Shown in pieces: positions 37,635 to 47,200 of a stretch of DNA of 49,717 nt. Numbering within the stretch: position 1 is the stretch's first letter; each line of letters begins with the position of its first letter. Both the position numbers and the translations under genes were made by a program. The DNA comes from Verrucomicrobiales bacterium (GTDB taxonomy: Bacteria > Verrucomicrobiota > Verrucomicrobiia > Verrucomicrobiales > V1-33): NCBI GenBank assembly GCA_031411295.1, contig JANOAV010000139.1:1-49717 (forward strand). The letters run 5' to 3'. The notes under the pieces were generated by a model. It made no database searches, was not told where the DNA came from, and saw only the letters and a program-made list of their open reading frames with translations.

Positions 37635-40600
37635 ATGCGCGCACTTCCCTTACTTGCCAGCTTAACTTGCCTGGCCCTGGCCTCTATTTCCGATGTCACG
37701 GCGGCTCCTGTGATCAATGAATTTCTGGCGGACAATGCCACTTCACTGGTCGATTCGGATGGGTCGCACTCGGATTGGTTGGAAATTTACAACCCAGACG
37801 CGACCTCCGTCGATCTGGCTGGCTGGACGCTTTCAGATAGCTCTGCGTTGCTGGCGAAATGGGCATTTCCATCCACTACGGTGGCTCCCGGTGGTTATCT
37901 CATCGTGTTTGCTTCCGGGAAAAATCGGGCCGTGTCAGGAGCGCAGTTGCATACTAATTTTGGGATTTCCAAGAAGGCGGGGTATCTGGCGCTGACCGCT
38001 CCCGGGGCCACGACCCCAACTTCTTTCTACAACTACCCTGCGCAAAAAGCGGACGTGACTTATGGGGTAGCGAGACAAACCACCACGGCTTATCCCATCG
38101 CCAGCGCCACTTCATCTGTGTTTGTTCCCACGGGTGGTGCTGCGCCTGACGCAGGCTGGAACACAGCGGCCTACACGCCGACCGTTTCCTGGCTGGCCAG
38201 TCCTGCTCCGCCCGGCACGGGCTACGACACGACCTCGCCTGCTCCCACACCCGCAAATATCGCAGGATCCGGCACCGCCACGCAATCGACCACGCTGTAT
38301 CCTTATGCGGCCAATCTGGGGAGTAACAATTTAACCACGGATTTCACCCAAACGATCGCTGCGGACACCACGCCATTCTGGAATCTGGATTTCGGCTCCG
38401 ACGCCATCATCTCCAGTGTCGTGATCGCGAACCGCACGGATGCCAGTCAGAGCCGTCTGCGCGATATCACGGTGGCCGTTTTAAATGATGCCCAGGATGC
38501 CATTTATACTTCTCCCCTGCTGAATCCGGAAAATACGGGATTTACCTTCACTACGGGTCCCGCCACCCTGACAGTTGATCTGGTTGCCCTAACTGGTGGT
38601 CCAGTCTCGGGGCGTCACGTGCGCGTTTATCGCACGGCCGATGCTGATCTCTCTGGCACGGGTGGGCAAGGCGACAACAATGATCGCTATGCACTGTCCG
38701 TGGGGGAGGTGACGGTCAATGGATCACTGGCCTTGATCAATCTGGCCCGCACTGGTTCACCCGCTCCCACCGCCGTGCAGACGAGCACCAACAGCACCTA
38801 CACCGCCGCGCTCGCGATCGATGGAGTCAATACCAATTTCACCCACACCCTCGCCACGGGCACGGAGCCGACTCCTTCCTGGACGCTGAATCTGAATCGC
38901 AAGGCAGCCATCAATCTTGTCAACGTCCACAATCGCGAACTCTGCTGTGCCGAACGCCTGCGGGACCTTACGATTGAAATTTATGACGCTGATCCAGGCA
39001 CCGGAGCCGTGCCCACCAATCCGCCGATCCACACCTCTCCTTTGCTGAATCCCACGAATGTCCTCAAAGGCCCGCCTGACATTACCTACAATGCTGCCGC
39101 CGCCAATGGCAACGCCCCAGTGCTGGGTCAATGGATTCGTGTGAAACGCACGCCAGATGCGGTCACGTTAGTCACGGACACCTCGCTCGACGATCTTCGC
39201 GTGCTGTCCATGGGTGAAGTTCAAGTTAAAGGCACCGAGCTGTCAGGGTATCGACCATTTATTCGCAAGGACGTCCAGACCGTCATGCTCAACAACAGCC
39301 CCACCGCCTATCTGCGCGTGCCTTTCAGCGTGGCTGATCTTTCCACCACCATTGGTCTGGGGCTGCGAATTCGTTATGACGATGGATTCGTGGCCTATGT
39401 CAATGGGGTGGAAGTGGCGCGCCGCAATGCTCCCACCACCCCGGATCAAACCAGCCTGGCCACGGTAAAACGAACTGCCTCTCAGGGCGCGACCGCTGAG
39501 ACCATTGATATTTCCAGCGTAATTCCGCAACTCCTTGCCACGGGAAATGTGCTGGCGATCCACGGATTAAATTCCGCCGTCACGGACACAAATTTCCTGC
39601 TGCAACCGGAACTCGTGCTGACGCAGCGCCCGGTAACCCCGCCTGCATTCTTGGTGAACGCGACCCCCAACGCGGTGAACAGCACCGCTTGGTATATCGA
39701 TAATGTGAAGGACACGGCCTTCAGCTCAAAGCGCGGTTTCTACAGCGCGCCCATCAGCCTGGCCATCACTTCCCTCACGGCAGGCGCAGACATTTATTTC
39801 ACGTTGGACAACAGCGAGCCTACGCCCACCAACGGCGTGCGCTATCTGTCTCCCATCACCATAAGCAAGACCAGTGTGGTGCGGGCCCGGGGTTACAAAA
39901 CGAATTACTTGCCGACCAACATTGATACTCACACTTACATTTTCCTGGACGATGTCACCGCTGCCCCCAAGGGAGCGCTCACTACCGGTGGCGCACCCAG
40001 TGGCACCATTCCACCTGGATGGCCGACTTCCGCGACCACCAATGGAGGCCAGGCCTTCAACTTTGGCTTCACCCCGGCGGTCCTCGCAGCTTACACCCCG
40101 GCTCAAATTCGGGCTGCCCTCACCCAGGTCCCTTCGGTTTCTGTGGTCACAGCGCAGAACAACCTAACTGATCCCACGACTGGCATTTACGTCAATGGCA
40201 CCAATGGGCATGGCGATGCTTACGAACGTCCCAGTAGCATTGAAATGCTGGACTTCAATCACCCGGGACTCACGGCGGACGCTGGTCATGGTGAGTTTGC
40301 CGAAGCGGTGGGGCTGCGCTTGCGTGGAGGAGCCAGTCGCGCGGATAACTTCACCAAACACAGCTTCCGCGTGTTCTTCAAACAGTCCTATGGCAATGGG
40401 AAGCTGAACTATCCCATCTTCGGCAATAATGGAGCATCCTCGTTCGATACCTTCGATCTCCGCGGGAGTCAGAATTACGCTTGGTCCTCCTCACCCGCTA
40501 GCACGGAGGAAACGCTGGTGCGCGATCCCTTCTGTCTGGAGCTAATGGGAGCCATGGGGCAACCCTACAGTCGCAGCCGCTTCGTTCACCTTTATCTCAA

Positions 40601-43600
40601 TGGGCTCTACTGGGGCATCTTTGAAATCCAGGAACGTCCCGAAAACTCGTTTGGAGAAACCTACATCGGCGGCAGCAAAGACGACTACGATGTGGTGAAG
40701 AATCGGGATCGGTATTCCGGCACCATTTCCGATGCCTCGGGCGTGATCGCAACTAACTTCTCCACGGAAGCCACGAACGGTTACCTGAAAACAAATCCTG
40801 ATGGCTCCCGCGCCGCCTGGAAGGAACTCTGGGATCGCACGCTTGCGATCTGGCAAAATGGCGACAAAACGAGCGCGAGCTTTTATCGGCTGCTCGGCTG
40901 CAACCCCAATGGCACAAGGAATCCAGCGTATCCGGTGCTGTTGGACGTGGACAATCTTATCGACTACACGCTGGCCTTATTTTATACCGGAGATGGCGAT
41001 GCGTGTCTCTCCGGGTTCCTGAGTTTCAATACTCCTAACAACTGGTTCGGGATGCGGGATCGGCTTGGTTCCCGCGGGTTCACGTTCGTGAATCACGATG
41101 CCGAGCACACGCTGCGAGCGTCCTCTTGGTCAGGCAGTCGGGCGGTAGCCGCCACCGATCAAACCGGACCGTTCGGGGGATCGAATCAAACGTCGTTTCT
41201 CTATTCCAATCCGCAATGGATGCATGAGGAGTTGATGACGCATCCGGAATACAAACTGCGTTACGCGGATCACATTCGTCGGCATTTTTTCAATGGCGGA
41301 GCGCTCTCGCCCACCTCCACGACTGCACGTTGGGCCAATAAAGTAAACACCATCAACCAGGCGATCAATATTTACGCGGCCCGCTATGCCACCTCACCTG
41401 CGGTTATCACCACGTGGAATGCCCTGTGCATCGGGCCGAACGGAGCCGGGGTGATCGATAATATTCCCGGAGATTTCCTCGCCCCGCGCACGGCTGACCT
41501 GCTGGCAATGTTGAAAGTGGATGGACTCTACCCTGCCACGGAGGCGGTGGACTACTCCCAGTTCGGAGGCGCAGTCCCGGCCAATTACAGCCTCAGTTTA
41601 ACGTCTCCCACCAGCGGCACCGTCATTTATTACACCACGGACGGCAGTGATCCCCGCGTCACTCAGGAACGCCCCACCCCGATTTCGCTGGCCGCCAGCA
41701 ACGCCGCCACGCGCTACAAAGTCACCACCAGCCTAACGGACGGTTTCACTGCCAATGCCGGTGGCAATGAGCCCACACCCGGTCCGATTGGCCGCTGGCA
41801 ACTCGATGGAAATCTTACAGATACTGGCTCCGGAGCGGCCACGAATGGCACGCCAACGGCGGTTGGTGCGCCCACCTATGTCACCCCGGGAGCAACCGGC
41901 ACCGGCCAGGCGCTCTCTTTGAGTGGCACCGGCCAATACATTAACTTGGGGAATCCTCCCAACTTGCAGATCACTGGGCAGATCACCCTCAGCGCGTGGA
42001 TCAAGCCAGTGGCCATTCCAGCCGGACAAGCAAACATCATTAACAAAGGGCATAACGTTACGCCAAATGGCGAAATCACATTGCGGTTGGATACTTCCGT
42101 CAACCTGACGGTCGGCACCTGGAATGGCACGAATTACGCCACCAGCGCGGCTAACGTGGTGCAACTGAACCAATGGCAGCATGTCTGCGGCTTGTATGAT
42201 GGCACTGCGTGGCGGCTTTATCGTAATGGGGTGCAGGTGAGTTCGTTCACCACCGCCCAGGGAGCCGTTTCTGTGGCCGGTGCCACCGCTGCGAACAATG
42301 TCTGGTCCATTGGTTCCCGTGGGGGAGCCTCCGAGCGATTGTTTAATGGCCAGATCGATGACGTGCGCATTTACAATCGAGGCCTGAACCCCACCGAAGT
42401 GCAGAACCTCTATTTGGGCAACGTGCCCACTTACACGCCGGACTGGAAGGCCACCACCTACACCGTGCCGGTTGATTGGGGCACGGGCACTGGTGGCTTC
42501 GGCTATGATGCCAATGCGGGAGTTGATTTCACCCCATTCATCAGCACTAACCTCACCATGCAGGGAGTCAGCCCCACGTTGCTGACCCGCACGCAGTTCC
42601 CGACCACGACCGCGCAAATCTCCTCACTCAAACTGCTCCAGTTCAATGTGCGTTATGACGATGGCTTTGTGGCCTACTTGAACGGCACCAAAATTGCCGA
42701 GCGGAATGCGCCTGCCAGCACAGCGACCTTACACGGCCTGGCCACGGCCACCGCAGTGCGGGCTGATGCCGACGCCATGGTGCAGGAGAAAATCGACATC
42801 ACCACTTCCGGTCTCCCGCTCCTCGTCAACGGCACGAACGTGCTGGCAATCCAGGGTCTGAACACCGCTGCCGCAGACACCGATTTTCTGCTGCAGGCCG
42901 AATTGGTGGCGGGCGACAAAACCGCTTACCCAACCCCGGCTGCGCAAATTTACTCCACCCCATTGACGCTTACGAGCAGCACCACGGTCAAATCCCGCGC
43001 TTGGAATCCCATCACTGGTGAATGGAGCGCGCTGACAGATTCCTATTTCAGCGTGGATACCGTGCCTGCCAGTGCCAGCAATATTGTAGTTAGTGAAATT
43101 CACTACCATCCTGCCAATCCGACCACTCCCGCGGAATTGGCTGCCAGCACCAATCCGGATGATTTCGAGTTCGTCGAAGTGATGAACATTTCCCCTGCCA
43201 ACAAAGTTGAAATGACCAATGTCAACTTCACCAGCGGGCTGACTTATACGTTCGGACATCTGGTGTTGGCACCTGGTCAGCGGGTGGTGTTGGTGGCTAG
43301 TGCGGCAGCGTTTACGGCTCGTTATGGTAACAGTATCGTGCCGGTGGGAACTTACGTGGGACACTTGGCTAACAGCGGAGAGCACGTCCTGCTCTACGAT
43401 GCGCTGGGAGGTGTTATCAAAGACTTCCGGTTTAACACTGATGCCACTTGGTCAGTCGCTGCGGATGGCCAGGGGCCGAGCCTCTCGCTCATCAATCCGA
43501 CTGCGAATCCGGACCACAACGTGGCCACCAATTGGCGCGCCAGCCTGGCCAACGGCGGCTCGGCTGGCACCACGGATGCCACCCTCTATGCGAATTGGAA

Positions 43601-43940
43601 ATCCACTAACAGCATCACAACCGATGCTGCGGACGATGATCACGACGGGCTGAATGCCCTGCTGGAATATGCCTTCGGAGCCGATCCGGCCAACCCATCG
43701 CTGGCGCAACTCCCCACCGCCACCACCGAAGCAGACGGCAGCATTACTATTAGTTTCACCCCGCCGCTGGGAGCTGATGACATTGCCTACACCGTGGAAA
43801 CCAGCAGCGACCTCACGCTCTGGCAAAATCCCGGAAGTGATCTCACCTACCTGGGTGAAATCAGCGGCGTGCGCTCTTGGAAACTCAATCCCGGCACCAC
43901 CAACCGCCGCTTCTGGCACGTGACGGCTACGCTGCGATAA
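37635..43940 (+). CDS. Giant secreted CotH-kinase protein with lamin-tail domains, F-type-lectin-like domains, chitobiase/FN3-associated domains, LamG and the shared C-terminal domain
   Basis: PVINEFLADN..SDWLEIYN (LTD); two ATQS/AVQT..WxL..NR....RL domains; IYFTLD.SEP; CotH motifs LRGGASR..KHSF, HLYLNGLYWG, ERPE, NNW, HDAEH; LamG (WIKP, WQHV, LY.NG, IDDVRIYN); second LTD (SEIHYHP). Confidence 0.9.
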   Translation: MRALPLLASLTCLALASISDVTAAPVINEFLADNATSLVDSDGSHSDWLEIYNPDATSVDLAGWTLSDSSALLAKWAFPSTTVAPGGYLIVFASGKNRAVSGAQLHTNFGISKKAGYLALTAPGATTPTSFYNYPAQKADVTYGVARQTTTAYPIASATSSVFVPTGGAAPDAGWNTAAYTPTVSWLASPAPPGTGYDTTSPAPTPANIAGSGTATQSTTLYPYAANLGSNNLTTDFTQTIAADTTPFWNLDFGSDAIISSVVIANRTDASQSRLRDITVAVLNDAQDAIYTSPLLNPENTGFTFTTGPATLTVDLVALTGGPVSGRHVRVYRTADADLSGTGGQGDNNDRYALSVGEVTVNGSLALINLARTGSPAPTAVQTSTNSTYTAALAIDGVNTNFTHTLATGTEPTPSWTLNLNRKAAINLVNVHNRELCCAERLRDLTIEIYDADPGTGAVPTNPPIHTSPLLNPTNVLKGPPDITYNAAAANGNAPVLGQWIRVKRTPDAVTLVTDTSLDDLRVLSMGEVQVKGTELSGYRPFIRKDVQTVMLNNSPTAYLRVPFSVADLSTTIGLGLRIRYDDGFVAYVNGVEVARRNAPTTPDQTSLATVKRTASQGATAETIDISSVIPQLLATGNVLAIHGLNSAVTDTNFLLQPELVLTQRPVTPPAFLVNATPNAVNSTAWYIDNVKDTAFSSKRGFYSAPISLAITSLTAGADIYFTLDNSEPTPTNGVRYLSPITISKTSVVRARGYKTNYLPTNIDTHTYIFLDDVTAAPKGALTTGGAPSGTIPPGWPTSATTNGGQAFNFGFTPAVLAAYTPAQIRAALTQVPSVSVVTAQNNLTDPTTGIYVNGTNGHGDAYERPSSIEMLDFNHPGLTADAGHGEFAEAVGLRLRGGASRADNFTKHSFRVFFKQSYGNGKLNYPIFGNNGASSFDTFDLRGSQNYAWSSSPASTEETLVRDPFCLELMGAMGQPYSRSRFVHLYLNGLYWGIFEIQERPENSFGETYIGGSKDDYDVVKNRDRYSGTISDASGVIATNFSTEATNGYLKTNPDGSRAAWKELWDRTLAIWQNGDKTSASFYRLLGCNPNGTRNPAYPVLLDVDNLIDYTLALFYTGDGDACLSGFLSFNTPNNWFGMRDRLGSRGFTFVNHDAEHTLRASSWSGSRAVAATDQTGPFGGSNQTSFLYSNPQWMHEELMTHPEYKLRYADHIRRHFFNGGALSPTSTTARWANKVNTINQAINIYAARYATSPAVITTWNALCIGPNGAGVIDNIPGDFLAPRTADLLAMLKVDGLYPATEAVDYSQFGGAVPANYSLSLTSPTSGTVIYYTTDGSDPRVTQERPTPISLAASNAATRYKVTTSLTDGFTANAGGNEPTPGPIGRWQLDGNLTDTGSGAATNGTPTAVGAPTYVTPGATGTGQALSLSGTGQYINLGNPPNLQITGQITLSAWIKPVAIPAGQANIINKGHNVTPNGEITLRLDTSVNLTVGTWNGTNYATSAANVVQLNQWQHVCGLYDGTAWRLYRNGVQVSSFTTAQGAVSVAGATAANNVWSIGSRGGASERLFNGQIDDVRIYNRGLNPTEVQNLYLGNVPTYTPDWKATTYTVPVDWGTGTGGFGYDANAGVDFTPFISTNLTMQGVSPTLLTRTQFPTTTAQISSLKLLQFNVRYDDGFVAYLNGTKIAERNAPASTATLHGLATATAVRADADAMVQEKIDITTSGLPLLVNGTNVLAIQGLNTAAADTDFLLQAELVAGDKTAYPTPAAQIYSTPLTLTSSTTVKSRAWNPITGEWSALTDSYFSVDTVPASASNIVVSEIHYHPANPTTPAELAASTNPDDFEFVEVMNISPANKVEMTNVNFTSGLTYTFGHLVLAPGQRVVLVASAAAFTARYGNSIVPVGTYVGHLANSGEHVLLYDALGGVIKDFRFNTDATWSVAADGQGPSLSLINPTANPDHNVATNWRASLANGGSAGTTDATLYANWKSTNSITTDAADDDHDGLNALLEYAFGADPANPSLAQLPTATTEADGSITISFTPPLGADDIAYTVETSSDLTLWQNPGSDLTYLGEISGVRSWKLNPGTTNRRFWHVTATLR

Positions 43941-44209
43941 TGGAAAAGGGCTTAATTCAGAGCGGACGTTTTGATCCCGATACTCATTTACGAGCTGCCA
44001 TTGGCCGTGGCTCAGGGCAGCGAGACTTCGACTCTGTAAATGCCGGTGCTCGTGCTGCGGGGAATGGTGAATGAAGTGGCCTGCGGCGCTGGATTGAGAA
44101 TGGCGGCCAGAGGCTCGCCGCTCCCCGAATTATTGTGCTGACTTCGTCGCCGTTTGGTGCATGATCCTGTAGTCAAACTTTCCTCCGCGCTCACCTGCAA
44201 CCAAAAATT

Positions 44210-47200
44210 ATGACAGCCTCACATCACCACGCTTTCGCCTCCCTGCTGCTCCTAACCCTGCTGCCAGCGTGGAACGTCTCCCGCGCACAGAATGAGCCGG
44301 ATCTTCCACCGCCCGGCATGCCACCGCCGATCCCAACCCTGCGCCCGCCGCTGGCAGAGGAAGTGGGACCGGTCCCGGGAAACCGTTATGCGCGCGGCTT
44401 CGCCACGCTGCCGGGGCTGTCACTGGATACGAGCTTCGACAGTGCAGGGTGGATCCCGCAGGGACCGGGGCTCACGCGGGATAGCGGTGCAAATATCGCC
44501 CCGGACAATCCCACCAGCGGCTGCGTCACCTGCGTGGCGCCGCATCCGACGAATCAGGATATCCTCTACATCGGCACCGCGAATGGCGGTGTGTGGAAAA
44601 CGACGAATGCGCGCGACCCCTATGTGCGCTGGACGCCGCTCACGGATGACCAGCGCTCGCTCTCGATTGGCGGCATCGCGCTCGATCCTGCGGATAATAC
44701 GGGCAACACGCTCGTCGCGGGTATAGGTCGCCGCAGCAGTTTCAACGAATTGGGAGGCGCGCTGACCGGACTGCTGCGCACGACGGATGGCGGGGCAACG
44801 TGGACTCGCCTGGGTGAGACCACTCTGGCAGAGTGCAGCACTTACCAGCTCACGGTGCGGGGCGCCACCCTCCTGGTCGCCGTAACCAGCGCGACCCCCA
44901 TAGCCAACCGGGGACTATACCGCTCAACGGACACAGGTGGGACTTTCGTAAACCTGTCCAGTGCCGGTGGTTCCGGGTTGCCATCGGGAAGTTGCTCGCA
45001 CCTCGCTGCCGATCCCAGCAACCCCAACCGTTACTTCGCCCACATCCAGGGGCAGGGTGTGTATCGCAGCAGCGACTCCGGCGCGACATGGACGAGTGTC
45101 AATACCCCCAATGGAGGCACTTATCTGGTGGCGCTTTCCGTCGGTCCGAATGGCACCGTGTTCGCCGCCGAATTCAGCAACCCGGAACATGTCTATCGCT
45201 CGACGAATCAGGGCGGCACCTGGGTGGAACTGGATACCGTGACTGCGAAGACGAACCCACTCCACGGCAGCTTCGTGGCCGATCCCACGGACTCAAACAT
45301 TGTGTATCTCGCCGGGGTTTCGACTCGTCCCAGCTATCCCTACAACGGGCGAGTAGTTCGCGGAAACGCTTCGCTGGGGAGTGGTGCCCAATGGACATCC
45401 ATCGCAAAAAACCAGAGAGAAATAGTTCAGGGCCAGCCCACCGCCGGCACGGCACCGCACACGGACTCGCGGGACATGGTGTTCACGGCAGGCCACCGGC
45501 TCATCGAGTGCGACGACGGAGGCATCTACGAGTTGCCGATCGCCCATGTCGGCAGTGAGGGAGACGGTGCCGGGGGTGGCTCCCTCTGGCGTTCTCTTAA
45601 TGGCGATTTGCGGCTCACGGAAATGTATAGTGTCGCCTACGATCGCGTTGCCCGCATTTTTATCGGTGGCACTCAGGACAACGGTTTTCAGGAACAACTC
45701 ACTCCAGGGGTGCCCGCCGCTGGAAGTTATGGTTGGACCAATCCCACGGGTGGAGACGGGGGCGGAGCGGTGGTGGACGTTCTGGGCACGGCAGGCCAAT
45801 CGGTGCGCTATGGCAGTTCTCAGTATCTAAACGGGCTGTTCCGGGCGACCTATAATGCGGGGAACGTGCAAATCAGCTACGCCAATCCGTTGCTCACTTT
45901 CACCGGTGGAGGGGTAGCCATGGTGCGGAGCGAGGGAGGGAACATCCCATTCCAAACCCCCATCGCACTGAATGCGGTCGCAGCCGGTCGCCTCATCATT
46001 TCGGGCAATGCAAACCTCTATGAATCGACGGATCAGGGCGATACGGTCCAACACATCGGCACTGTGGGGGCGAATAGACTCGCAAAGATCGCCTGCGGAG
46101 GAAAGCTCGGCGGGATTGCGAACTCCGAGGTCCTTTTCTTTGGCAGCGGCAGCACGGTGCGCTACCGCACCGCAGCAGGCAGCGTCAGCGGCAACATTGC
46201 CTTCCCCGGAGGCACCGTGCAGGGCATCGTGTTCGATCCGGAGAATTGGAAGAACACCTACATCCTCGGCACCACGGTGGTGTATTCGGCGAATGACATT
46301 CCCGCAAACGGCGCGGGAGCTTTCACGAACATCACCGGCAACCTCACCGGCGTCGGCACCTTCCACACTCTCGAATACCTCACGCTGCCGACGGGGAATG
46401 CCATCATGGCCGGCACCGACACGGGTGCCTATATCATGCGCGTCGCCTCCCCGGGCGTGTGGAAAACGCTCGGTGATAATCTGCCGCACGTGCCGGTTTT
46501 CGATTCTCACTTCGACGCCGCCGGACAGGTGCTCGCGGTGAGCACGCTGGGACGCGGCGCCTGGCTCTACGATTGCAAGCCGGTCAAGGCGATCGGGCAA
46601 TACGGTGAGACATTCCAGGCCTACCCTAACGGAGCGACAACGCTCGCTCCCAGCGCGGGCGAGTTATTCTCCAACCAGCTCGGCAGCGGGGTGCAAGTGG
46701 CGGACGACAAGCTCCGCGAGCTGCAACTGACTGCCAATGGGGTGTTCGGCACCCGGACCGCGTTCCGGCTGCCGGACCTCAATCCGGGAGCGGCGGTGCC
46801 GGCCTTTTCGGCCAAGTGGAACGCGACGATTTATGGAAACACTTCAGCCGGGATCGCCGACGGCTTCTCGTTCAACTTTGGCCCGCTCGGAGCGATCACG
46901 GAAACGGCTTTCACTGATGGCACTTACTTCAATGAGGACGGCTTCCGTGCGGGCCTCACCGTGAGCGTGCGGACGTGGGACCCCAACACGCCGGGCTACT
47001 ATGTGCGCGTGAACGGAGCCGTAGTGCCGGGCGGCTTTGTCGCAAAGTCCTCGTCCGCATGGGGCAACCTCAATACGACCCGCCACTTCTTCGAGGTGGA
47101 CTGGCGCTTCGACACCGGACTGACGCTGCGGGTCGATGGCGTCGCGATTTTCACAAATCTCGCCACGCCCGGCTACTTCCCGGCGGCCAGCCATCGCTTC

